Assembly: GCA_035249585.1 (NCBI GenBank)
Contig: DATFGJ010000457.1
Coordinates: forward strand, 1-29,390
Source: Lacipirellulaceae bacterium
GTDB lineage: Bacteria > Planctomycetota > Planctomycetia > Pirellulales > Lacipirellulaceae
DNA: 29,390 nt
Direction of reading: 5' to 3'
The position numbers and the translations under genes were made by a program. This document shows, one piece after another, positions 1 to 8,444 of this stretch (positions are counted from its first letter, which is position 1; each line of letters begins with the position of its first letter). The notes below the pieces were generated by a model. It saw nothing but the letters and a program-made list of their open reading frames with translations. It searched no databases and was not told where the DNA came from.

Positions 1-2
1 GG

Positions 3-1784
3 CTGCATGACCATGCCATTGCCGGCGTGCGTCGCGCATTGCCCGATGCGAAGGTCGGCGGCCCGGATGCCGCTTACGACGGCCGCTTCATTCGCACCTT
101 TCTCGAGCACTGCGTGCACGGGATTAACTACGCAACGGGCGAAAAAGGCACGCCGCTCGACTTTATCGCCTTCCATGCCAAAGGCGGACCGAGCGTCGTC
201 GATGGGCACGTCCGCATGGGCATCGCCCAACAACTGCGGGCCATCAACAACTCGATGGAGATCGTCGCATCGTTCCCCGAACTCAAGAACACGCCGATCG
301 TCATTGGAGAATCCGACCCGGATGGCTGCGCCGCCTGCGGCGCACAGCTCTATCCGCAAAACAACTATCGCAACGGGATACTGTACGCGAGCTATACCGC
401 CGCCAGTTTCGCCCGCAAGCATGATCTGGCCAGGCGGCACGGCGTGAACCTCGAAGGCGCGCTCACGTGGGCCTTCGAATTTGAAGATCAGCCATATTTC
501 GCCGGATACCGCACGCTGGCCACCAACGGCATCGACAAGCCGGTGCTCAACGTGTTTCGAATGTTCAGCCGCATGCACGGCGAGCGAATCGGCGTCGAAA
601 GCGATCATGCGGTGCCGCTCGAGCGGATCATGCGGCGCGGCGTGCGCGAAAGGCCGGATGTTGCCGCGCTGGCCAGCCGGGATGAAAGCACGTTCGCCGT
701 GATGGTGTGGCACTACCACGATGACGATGTGCCGGGACCGGCGGCCAATGTTGAGCTGACGGTTCGCGGCCTGCCGGATTCGGCCGGCACGCTGCGCATG
801 CGGCACTTTCGCATCGACGAGGAGCACAGCAACTCGTTCACTGTGTGGAAGAAGATGGGATCTCCCCAGGAACCAACGGCGGAACAGTATGCCGAGCTCG
901 AAAAGGCCGGCCAGCTGGCCGAACTTGAAACTGAAAATGTTCAAGCTGATGGAGGCACGGCGAGTGTAAAAATCTCGCTGCCGCGCCAAGCCGTTTCGCT
1001 TCTGGTTTTCGAAGTGCCGGCAGAAGCGGCAGACGCGGAACCGACGTCGGCCAATACCGGCGCGCGCAGGGTCGAGCCCGTGCCGACGGCGATCCGCGAG
1101 AAGTTCGAGCTCGATCCGTTTTACCAGAAGCATGTCGACGCCGGTGGGCTTTCGATTCTCGGCTCCAGTCAAGTCTCCGATGCCGGGCTGTTGGAGGCGG
1201 CCTATTTGATTGATCAGATGCTCATCAATCGCGAAGATCTCAGACAGGAGCTGATCAAGCGGCGCGTGCGGTTTGTCGTCATGGCGCCGACCGAAATGAC
1301 CACCGACGTGCCGGAACAGGCCCACATGGATTCCGAGTATTGGGATCGCCGGGCCCGCGGCCTGGGCGGCCGGATTTGCTCCTGCGGCGAAGAGAACCTG
1401 CTAAACCTGCCTGGCGACCGCTACTCCAACGAGAACATTCTCATTCACGAGTTCTCGCACACGATCCACAATTACGGCTTGCGCCGACTCGACGCCGAAT
1501 TCAATTCGCGATTGAAGGAGCTGTACGAGGACGCCATGGACAAGGGGTTGTGGAAAGACACGTATGCCGCGACCAACCCGGAAGAGTATTGGGCCGAAGG
1601 AGTCCAGTCGTACTTCGACTGCAACGCCTCGCCGCGGCGAGGCGTTCATAACGACATCGACACGCGCGAGGAACTGAAGGAGTACGACCCTGACCTGTTT
1701 GCTCTCATCGACGAGTCGTTCAAAAGCCCGCCCTGGCGCTATGAGCGCTACGACGGGCGAACCGCCATCGCGGCCGGCAACTAG
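3..1784 (+). CDS. GH39-family glycoside hydrolase (beta-xylosidase-like), 5'-truncated, fused to a C-terminal HEXXH zincin-like domain
   Basis: Frame is open from nt 3 (LHDHAIAGVRRALPDAKVGGPD), so the gene starts upstream of the window. GH39-like segments FHAKG, IGESDPDGCAAC, GALTWAFEFE, LATNGIDKPVLNVFRM and end LPRQAVSLL. After an Ala/Pro/Glu linker comes a ~230-aa domain with HEFSH (1446-1460) and EEYWAEG. Confidence 0.85.
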   Translation: MHDHAIAGVRRALPDAKVGGPDAAYDGRFIRTFLEHCVHGINYATGEKGTPLDFIAFHAKGGPSVVDGHVRMGIAQQLRAINNSMEIVASFPELKNTPIVIGESDPDGCAACGAQLYPQNNYRNGILYASYTAASFARKHDLARRHGVNLEGALTWAFEFEDQPYFAGYRTLATNGIDKPVLNVFRMFSRMHGERIGVESDHAVPLERIMRRGVRERPDVAALASRDESTFAVMVWHYHDDDVPGPAANVELTVRGLPDSAGTLRMRHFRIDEEHSNSFTVWKKMGSPQEPTAEQYAELEKAGQLAELETENVQADGGTASVKISLPRQAVSLLVFEVPAEAADAEPTSANTGARRVEPVPTAIREKFELDPFYQKHVDAGGLSILGSSQVSDAGLLEAAYLIDQMLINREDLRQELIKRRVRFVVMAPTEMTTDVPEQAHMDSEYWDRRARGLGGRICSCGEENLLNLPGDRYSNENILIHEFSHTIHNYGLRRLDAEFNSRLKELYEDAMDKGLWKDTYAATNPEEYWAEGVQSYFDCNASPRRGVHNDIDTREELKEYDPDLFALIDESFKSPPWRYERYDGRTAIAAGN

Positions 1785-1943
1785 CGATTGTGGCCGGGTC
1801 TCGAGCTTATGCTGCCACTGAGCGGTCGCAGGTGGCCCCGGCTGTTGTAAGTTCCCCGATAGATACTGGACTTTGCGGCCCCGGTCGATCATCATGCGAG
1901 CATCCAGATTCTTGTGCACAATATACGAAAGCGCGTAATCGTT

Positions 1944-4406
1944 ATGGCAACCAGCTCGTTTCTCCGCGCTGCGGCGCGGGCGGTCCTCCTCGCCGCGTTG
2001 TTTTGGGCAAACTCGGCCTCCGCGAGCAACGAAACTGAATCTGAGCGCAAAACGCGTCCGGCCATTGGCAATGAACTGAGGGCCCAGCAGTCGCCCCAGC
2101 GCCGCGGGCGGCGTTTCGAGCCACGGGGCCTGTACAAGGCCCGTATCGAGCCGCATTGGTTTGCCGAGAACACGCGCTTTTGGTATCGCAATCGGCTCCG
2201 CGCCGGCAAGAAAGAGTTCGTGCTTGTCGACGCCGAGGCCGCCACGCGGGAAAAGGCGTTTGATCATGAGAAGCTCGCTGCCGCATTGTCGGCGGCCGCG
2301 GAAAAGGATTATGAGCCGGACGAGCTGCCGTTTGACGCCGTCGAATTCATCAATGATGGAAAGGCAATCCGCTTTGTAGCCGACGGCTCCCAATGGGAAT
2401 GGGAGCTTGATTCGAGCGAGGCCAAAAAGGTTGGCGACGCGCCCGACGATGAGGATGACGACGACGCGGACGACAATCGATTCGGCCGCGGGCGCCGCCG
2501 CTTCGGCCGTGGCGGGGGCTCCGGGCGCCGGGCTGGCGGCGGGCCTTCGCCCGACGGCAAATGGAACGCGTTCGTGCGCAATCACAATATCTTTCTGCGC
2601 CCTGCCGGCGACGGCGACGACGAGAGCGAAAACTCCAAGCGACTCGAGTTTCAACTCACAACCGACGGCACGGAAAAAGGCCGCTACGGCATGCTGCAAT
2701 GGTCGCCGGATTCCAAGCGACTGGTAGCGTTCCGAATCGAGCCGGGCGACGAAAAGGAGGTCCATCTCATCGAAAGCTCGCCGCGCGGCGGCGGCCGCAC
2801 CAATCTGCGCTCGCGCTCCTACGATCTTCCGGGCGACAAGCTCACGTCCTACGAGCTTAGCGTGTTCGACATTGACGATAAAAAGCAGATCAAGCCCGAC
2901 GTGGAAAAGATCGACCTTCACTTTCCGCGCATCTATTGGAACAAGGACGGCCGCCACTTTGCCTACGAAAAGGTGGATCGCGGACACCAGCGGCTGCGGA
3001 TCATTCGCGTCGATTCGCATTCGGGCGAAGCGTCTGAGATCATCGACGAAAAGACCGAAACGTTTATCTGGACCGCTCACACCGAAAACCTCGATCTCGA
3101 TCGCATCAACTGGCTGCCCGATACCGACGAAGCCGTGTACGTCTCCGAGCGCGACGGCTGGCGCCACCTGTATCTGCTCGATACGAAGGAGGGCGGCGTC
3201 AAGAACCAAATCACGCAGGGCGAATATGTCGTTCGCGGAATTGATCGCATCGACGAGGAGAAACGGCAGATCTGGTTCCATGCCAGCGGCAAGAATTCCG
3301 ACCAGGACCCGTACTTCATGCATTACTACCGCGTGAACTTCGACGGCACGGGCCTCGTGGAGCTCACGGAAGGCGATGGCAACCATTCGCTGCAGTTCTC
3401 GCCGGATAACAAGTACGCCATCGACACGTACAGCCGTGTCGATGCGCCGCCCAGGCATGAGCTTCGCCGGATGGAGGATGGCGAGCTGGTGTGCGCGCTC
3501 GAAGAAGCTGATGCCGAGGAGCTTTTTGCAGACGACGATTACCATCCGCTGGAGGTCTTCGTCGCCAAGGGGCGCGACGGCAAAACGGATATCTGGGGCG
3601 TCATCTGCCGGCCGCGCGACTTCGACCCCAACAAGAAGTATCCGATCCTCGAATCGATCTATGCCGGGCCGCAGGGTTCGTTTGTGCCCAAATCGTTCGG
3701 CGGCGGCAACCGCTACGCACAGATGGCGGACCTCGGCTTCATCGTCGTGCAGATCGACGGCATGGGCACGGCGAATCGCTCGAAGGCGTTTCACGACGTC
3801 TGCTGGCACAACCTCAAGGATGCCGGCTTCCCCGACCGCATCCTGTGGATCAAAGCGGCGGCCGAAAAATATCCGTACATGGATACATCACGCATCGGCA
3901 TTTACGGCGGCTCGGCCGGCGGTCAGAACGCGGCGGCCGCCGTATTGTTCCACCCTGAGTTTTACGACGTCGCCGTCGCCGGCTGCGGCTGCCACGACAA
4001 TCGCATGGACAAGGCTTCGTGGAACGAACAGTGGATGGGCTACCCCGTCGGGCGGCAATACGCCGAGTGCTCGAACATCGATAACGCCCATCGCCTGCAG
4101 GGCAAGCTGATGTTGATCCTCGGCGAGCTGGACGAAAACGTGCCGATCGAGTCGACGCTCCGTTTCGTCGACGCGCTCATCAAAGCTGACAAGGATTTCG
4201 AGTTCGTGTTCGTTCCGGGTGCCGGGCACGGCATGGGCGGCGAATACGGCGGGCGGCGCATGCGCGATTTCTTCGTGCGGCATTTGATCGGCGATGAGCC
4301 GAGCGACCGGAAGGCAGAGGCGGCCGCCGAAGTTGCAGCGACGAGCCCCGACGCCCCCGCGCAATCGCTTCCTGCGAAGGTGTCCGACGGATCGGCTGAG
4401 GATTGA
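1944..4406 (+). CDS. Secreted S9-family serine peptidase (DPP IV-like beta-propeller plus alpha/beta hydrolase)
   Basis: Signal peptide from ATG 1944 (MATSSFLRAAARAVLLAALFWANSASA). Nucleophile motif GIYGGSAGG, Asp in GELDENV, His in GAGHG, and typical IYAGPQG and DGMGTANRSKAF segments. Confidence 0.92.
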   Translation: MATSSFLRAAARAVLLAALFWANSASASNETESERKTRPAIGNELRAQQSPQRRGRRFEPRGLYKARIEPHWFAENTRFWYRNRLRAGKKEFVLVDAEAATREKAFDHEKLAAALSAAAEKDYEPDELPFDAVEFINDGKAIRFVADGSQWEWELDSSEAKKVGDAPDDEDDDDADDNRFGRGRRRFGRGGGSGRRAGGGPSPDGKWNAFVRNHNIFLRPAGDGDDESENSKRLEFQLTTDGTEKGRYGMLQWSPDSKRLVAFRIEPGDEKEVHLIESSPRGGGRTNLRSRSYDLPGDKLTSYELSVFDIDDKKQIKPDVEKIDLHFPRIYWNKDGRHFAYEKVDRGHQRLRIIRVDSHSGEASEIIDEKTETFIWTAHTENLDLDRINWLPDTDEAVYVSERDGWRHLYLLDTKEGGVKNQITQGEYVVRGIDRIDEEKRQIWFHASGKNSDQDPYFMHYYRVNFDGTGLVELTEGDGNHSLQFSPDNKYAIDTYSRVDAPPRHELRRMEDGELVCALEEADAEELFADDDYHPLEVFVAKGRDGKTDIWGVICRPRDFDPNKKYPILESIYAGPQGSFVPKSFGGGNRYAQMADLGFIVVQIDGMGTANRSKAFHDVCWHNLKDAGFPDRILWIKAAAEKYPYMDTSRIGIYGGSAGGQNAAAAVLFHPEFYDVAVAGCGCHDNRMDKASWNEQWMGYPVGRQYAECSNIDNAHRLQGKLMLILGELDENVPIESTLRFVDALIKADKDFEFVFVPGAGHGMGGEYGGRRMRDFFVRHLIGDEPSDRKAEAAAEVAATSPDAPAQSLPAKVSDGSAED

Positions 4407-4586
4407 ATTTCGCCCCACGCAATTCTTTTCTTTTTTCTGGTGAGGCGAAATTCGGCGAATTCCGCTTCGCGCGCTGGCTGCAAGTCGTTTGCTGGTTGCC
4501 AGTTGGCGTGTGGCGGTGAGGCGAAATTGATTGAATTTCGCCTCGGGGGGGTGACAAAATTCGACTCAGGTGAGGCGTTATTCGCC
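4405..4586. repeat. Cluster of GTGAGGCGAAATT-type inverted repeats
   Basis: 4405-4418 pairs with 4440-4453 (13/14). 4518-4528 pairs perfectly with 4534-4544 around a 5-nt loop. Partial copy at 4570-4586. Confidence 0.8.
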
Positions 4587-4965
4587 AGGCACGACTCATC
4601 GCATTTTCTCTATCCTCCGTTTCCGTATAGGTGCGCAGAACTCTTTGGTGTGGGTTTTGCGCTCCTGTCGCGATTTAGACACAGCTTGAATGCGCCGGTC
4701 GGCGCGCAGCGGTAGCGCAGTCAGTCGCAAGAACTGAGGTTGCGGCTAGCGGCTCAGAACAAATTCCACGATTTTCAAAGAACGAATCGCCGGGGCACGA
4801 CGTGTGCACATTCTAGCACACATGGTATACATTTGTCAATCATATTTTCGGCCGGGACGGATGGCGATTGCCAACCACTATTCGGTTAATCCCCGGCGCG
4901 GTACATTTCACGGCGGGCGACAAACGTCTCTTATCTTTGTCCGATGCCTTCGTCTGCGAGCACCT

Positions 4966-5562
4966 ATGTTCGGTCTTCATAGTCCAGTTGCTTGGCTCGC
5001 GGTGTTTGCGGCCGGGCTATCGATCGGCTGCGAAACCGATTCCAGCCCACAACAAGCCATCGCGGCTGAACAGGTCATTTCGGCGGAGATGCCAGAAGCG
5101 GCAAATGAGCGGCACGTTCCATCCGACAAGTTGCGAGGCGCCGGTCGCGCCAATCTCGACTTTTACACGGTGGACCACTACGACGTTGCTCGAAATGCCG
5201 CCGAAGATCTGGCGCTCACCATCACGCGGGCCCAAGCCGAGAAGAAGCACATCCTGGTTCAGGTGGGTGGCGACTGGTGCGGCTGGTGCCATCTCATGAG
5301 TGACTATATCGAAACGAACGACCAGGTGCGCGAAAAGATTCGGCAGAACTATCTAATCATGAAAGTCACCTATGATGGGGACCAGAAAAACGAAGCGTTC
5401 CTTTCGCAGTATCCGGACATACCCGGCTACCCACACTTGTTCGTTTTGGACTGGGACGGCAATCTGTTGCATTCGCAAGGCACGGCGGAACTGGAGGAAG
5501 GACGAGGCTACAACGACAAGGTCTATCTTGAGTTCTTGGACAAATGGAAACCGGCCTCCTAG
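4966..5562 (+). CDS. Exported thioredoxin-fold protein, possibly a lipoprotein
   Basis: GGDWCGWCH CxxC motif and cis-Pro-type GYPHLFVLD segment. Hydrophobic N-terminus ending in IGC from ATG 4966, which is preferred over the ORF-track start at 4804. Confidence 0.85.
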   Translation: MFGLHSPVAWLAVFAAGLSIGCETDSSPQQAIAAEQVISAEMPEAANERHVPSDKLRGAGRANLDFYTVDHYDVARNAAEDLALTITRAQAEKKHILVQVGGDWCGWCHLMSDYIETNDQVREKIRQNYLIMKVTYDGDQKNEAFLSQYPDIPGYPHLFVLDWDGNLLHSQGTAELEEGRGYNDKVYLEFLDKWKPAS

Positions 5563-5664
5563 GAAAGGTTGTGCGACGGATGCTGTCCGTTAGCCGCGGG
5601 GGCCTCTAAGTTTCTCCGGCATCGGGTACGTGGGTGCATCCTTGGTGCGGAAGTTGGGCGGACG

Positions 5665-6041
5665 CTAGTTGGTATTAATGGTATCAAGGAATTTATCAGG
5701 TAAGTGATCACCCCCCAGTACGGCAGCAATGAGCGTCATTGCAATTAACAGAGTGCGGAGACCGAAGGGTTTCGACCACGGAAACCATGGAGCGGCTGCA
5801 CAAAACAGACTCCTGCCCCCACCACCGGCCGTACGTCGTCTCGAAAACGGGGTTGGGGGAGTTGGGGTAATAAATGGCGGCTCCAAACTGACCGCGGTAA
5901 CTGCGAAAATCTATGGTGCGCGACGCCGACACCCACTCGGTGCCTGCTAAAGACCCAATAACTCCGCACCCACAGCGCAACGAGCAGCAGGCACGCCGTC
6001 AGGCTCAGCGCAGTCACGGCGATTCGCAGCTACTTGAGCAT
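5665..6041 (-). pseudogene. Decayed small membrane-protein gene (MLKYLRIAV...WVRSY...LRTLLIAMTL type)
   Basis: ATG CTC AAG TAG CTG CGA ATC GCC GTG puts an in-frame TAG at 6030-6032. The N-terminal TM (TALSLTACLLLVALWVRSYW) and the C-terminal TM (AAAPWFPWSKPFGLRTLLIAMTLIAAVLG) lie in different frames. Family assignment is from recollection of Pirellulales proteins. Confidence 0.6.
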
Positions 6042-6094
6042 GGCGTTCCCGTCCGATAGCAGGCGCTCGCGGTAGGCGTTCGACCGCTGGTAAA

Positions 6095-6304
6095 TTAGTG
6101 TGTGGGAGAATTATTACTCCATGGCTCCCGCAGCATGAGCGCAATCGAGGTGCAAATTATTGCAACTGCCGCCATGAGAACTAGCATCATCGCCAAGCTG
6201 AATCGGCCACGGTTATCCTTGATAATCAGGACACTGATGCCAATCGTGTGCAATGCAACCCAGAAAGCAATATAGGTGACTATCGGAAGTAATTGCCCAT
6301 TCAT
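6095..6304 (-). CDS. Small two-TM hypothetical membrane protein
   Basis: 69 aa with two hydrophobic stretches separated by KDNRGRFSL. GGAG 7 nt upstream of the ATG. Confidence 0.6.
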   Translation of the reverse strand: MNGQLLPIVTYIAFWVALHTIGISVLIIKDNRGRFSLAMMLVLMAAVAIICTSIALMLREPWSNNSPTH

Positions 6305-6330
6305 GCTCCTATCCTACCGCGCCGCGCACG

Positions 6331-6353
6331 AAAAGCCCGCCACGTGGGCGGGC
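6331..6353 (-). terminator. Probable intrinsic terminator downstream of the MetX-like gene
   Basis: 7-bp GC stem GCCCGCC/GGCGGGC with a 5-nt loop, followed by TTTT on the minus strand. Confidence 0.6.
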
Positions 6354-6428
6354 ACTATCCCCTAGTCGGGGCGCGCGTGAAGATGCACCACCACCTGGCA
6401 CAGAATCGTCACGCCGCGTTCTTAGCGG

Positions 6429-7520
6429 TCAGCGCGATGGATCGGTGCGCTCCAAGAACTCGCTCAAGAAATGCTTCCAGACGGCAGCAACCGTGTGCGT
6501 TCCGTGTCCCTGGGTCTGGTCGCTGAGCGGCAGGAGGATCGCTCGACCGCCGGGCACCCGCGAAATCTCGCGCTCCAGGATGCCCAGCTCCGGCGGGTTA
6601 ATCAGGTCGTCGGCCGAATTGATGGCCAGCAGCGGCGCGCGGATTTTTTCCAGGCCCGGCGCGGGATCGTAGTCGTGCGATGCCTCAAAGGCGTAAAGCA
6701 TGTCGTTGGCGTCGGCTGTCGCGAGCCGCTCATCTACGTACCGATCTAAGGCCTCGTCGGCTGCAGCCAAGGTCGGCGATTCGGCGAGCCGCCGCACGGG
6801 ATTGCTCGACATCACGTACATCATCGCGAGGGCCGTGCGCAAGCTGCGAGGCTGCGCCATGTAATTACCATTCTGCCACTGGGGATCGGTGCGAATCGCG
6901 TCGATAATGATCCGCCGCCAAACGCGGTTGCGGCCGGAGATTTGCGCGGGGACACATGCCATGGGCATGAGCGCGTCCATGAAGTCCGGATACATTTGGC
7001 CCCACAGCCACGCGTGCATCCCGCCCATCGAAGTGCCCATCACCAGCCGCAGGTGGTTCACGCCCAGGCCCTCAGTGAGCAGCCGATGCTGGGCCGCGAC
7101 CATGTCGCGATATCCGTATCGGGGAAATTGGCCGCGCAGGCCGTCACTCGGCTTGGTCGACTTTCCATGGCCGATGTTGTCCGGCAGGACGACATAATAT
7201 CGTGTGGCGTCCAGCGGCTGGCCGGGTCCAAAAAGTTCCTCGGCAAATTCCGGCCGCAGAAACTGTGCGCTCGAACCGGTCGTGCCATGCAGGATCAAGA
7301 TCGCGTTGCGCACAACGCCTTGTTCGTCGCGCTCGGGCTGCCCCAAGGTGAGGTATTGCATTCGCAGCTCCGGCAGTGATTCGCCCGAGCCGAACTTAAA
7401 GTTGCGGAGCACGAAGTTGCCTGACCGCGGCGCAGGGAATTCCGCGGCAAGGAGCGCGGACGGCAGCATCGCAAGAGCTAGCGCGGCGACAATCGGCTTA
7501 TTTGAGGCTCTCTTGTGCAT
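6429..7520 (-). CDS. Secreted alpha/beta hydrolase of the homoserine O-acetyltransferase-like (MetX-like) family
   Basis: LILHGTTGS, PDNIGHG, nucleophile elbow GTSMGGMH, INSADDLINP, HGTHT. N-terminal signal peptide (PIVAALALAMLPSALLA). Confidence 0.85.
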   Translation of the reverse strand: MHKRASNKPIVAALALAMLPSALLAAEFPAPRSGNFVLRNFKFGSGESLPELRMQYLTLGQPERDEQGVVRNAILILHGTTGSSAQFLRPEFAEELFGPGQPLDATRYYVVLPDNIGHGKSTKPSDGLRGQFPRYGYRDMVAAQHRLLTEGLGVNHLRLVMGTSMGGMHAWLWGQMYPDFMDALMPMACVPAQISGRNRVWRRIIIDAIRTDPQWQNGNYMAQPRSLRTALAMMYVMSSNPVRRLAESPTLAAADEALDRYVDERLATADANDMLYAFEASHDYDPAPGLEKIRAPLLAINSADDLINPPELGILEREISRVPGGRAILLPLSDQTQGHGTHTVAAVWKHFLSEFLERTDPSR

Positions 7521-7550
7521 CCGTATTTAGCCAGAGGGTTGAATATTGAC

Positions 7551-7709
7551 GGCGGGCGACGGATGCGCGACTTCGTCGTGCGGCACTTGCCTGGCACCGA
7601 GTCGCCTGACCGCAAAGCACCCGGATCGGCACATATTGCCGAGAGCAGGGCCCAGTCTACGACGCCAACTCCACCGGATAAAGTTTCTGACGGATCCACC
7701 AAAAACTAA
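7551..7709 (+). pseudogene. Orphan diverged copy of the 3' end of the S9 peptidase gene
   Basis: Colinear with 4248-4406 (both 159 bp, no indel). GGRRMRDFVVRHL...DRKA...KVSDGS; 27/52 identical residues by manual alignment. Confidence 0.85.
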
Positions 7710-7719
7710 TGGCGCGTAA

Positions 7720-8136
7720 TTACGCTGACAGTAGCCGCTTAAAGCCTGCTTGCTCGAAATCGCGGTCGCTGGTGAATGCTTCTGTGATGCCTCGATCCTG
7801 CATTACAATGAAACTCGCACAATCCACGAGGCCCCAGGTCTTGTCGGCGTATCGTCGATAGCGATCGACTGCTCTAGCCATCAATGCTTGATCCACAATG
7901 ACGATGTCAACGACTGGACTTTGCCAAAGCTGAGCTACGGTGTCTGCGAAGCCATTTCTGGCGCGCGACCGGGCAAGGCCGTTGCCTGTTTCGGCAATGA
8001 CCCAATCGGTCAATACAACTCTGAAGCCGCTTTCGCCGAGATCGAGCCAGATTTTGTTGGCAGCTTCGTGCAAATACTCAGTCGCATTCAGTAGCGGGAT
8101 CCAACCGTTTGTGTCGAGAAACACACTACGGGACAT
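7720..8136 (-). CDS. vapC: PIN-domain (VapC-type) toxin
   Basis: Acidic PIN motifs VFLDTN, VIAET, LVDCASF, FTSDRDFEQAG. Overlaps the upstream antitoxin-like gene by 11 nt. Confidence 0.9.
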   Translation of the reverse strand: MSRSVFLDTNGWIPLLNATEYLHEAANKIWLDLGESGFRVVLTDWVIAETGNGLARSRARNGFADTVAQLWQSPVVDIVIVDQALMARAVDRYRRYADKTWGLVDCASFIVMQDRGITEAFTSDRDFEQAGFKRLLSA

Positions 8137-8377
8137 CTTTAGCCTTCGGATGACCGTACAGGTAATGATTGATGTTGACGCCCAAATCCGGTATGCCGGT
8201 ATCCTCAGCCAACTCGCCCATTCGGAACACCGGATCTAATTGACTTTTGTCAATCGTCGCTTTCTTGGGTTCCGATGGCTGCGAAAGTAGCTCGACCTTT
8301 ACGGCCGCTCCCTCCGGCAATTGAATACCGTTCTCTAACACGACTACCCCGTTATGAACGGTGCCTTCGTAGACCAT
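8126..8377 (-). CDS. Putative antitoxin (AF2212/DUF104-like beta-rich N-terminus)
   Basis: MVYEGTVHNGVVVLENGIQLPEGAAVKVEL pattern, GGAGGA Shine-Dalgarno before ATG 8377, and position directly upstream of the PIN gene. Confidence 0.75.
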   Translation of the reverse strand: MVYEGTVHNGVVVLENGIQLPEGAAVKVELLSQPSEPKKATIDKSQLDPVFRMGELAEDTGIPDLGVNINHYLYGHPKAKDVP

Positions 8378-8444
8378 AGATTCCTCCGCTGCTGACAATT
8401 GTACTCCGCGGTCGGAGAGTTACAAACCGCAGCTCTGGTCCGCT

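Noticed and set aside
1401-3809. 802-aa minus-strand ORF
   Set aside because: Antisense shadow of the GH39-zincin and S9 genes, with no recognisable motifs; long shadow ORFs are expected in GC-rich coding DNA.
4405-4586. Possible CRISPR array
   Set aside because: Repeats are short, alternate in orientation and are irregularly spaced, and no cas genes are present.
5575-5600. GTTAGCC as an integron attC end
   Set aside because: No matching RYYYAAC inverse core or paired arms found, and no integrase in the window.
6030-6032. TAG as programmed readthrough or recoding
   Set aside because: The same gene also has frameshifts, and TAG is used as an ordinary stop by other genes in the window.
6429-7520. 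Assigning the symbol metX
   Set aside because: The signal peptide and context argue against a methionine biosynthesis role; only family-level similarity is supported.
7515-7709. 64-aa ORF as an independent small gene
   Set aside because: Its last 53 codons are the S9 3' duplicate, and the start overlaps the divergent MetX-like start; better read as a remnant.
4248-8377. Calling this block an integrative mobile element
   Set aside because: No integrase, transposase or near-identical att repeat; the bracketing copies are strongly diverged.
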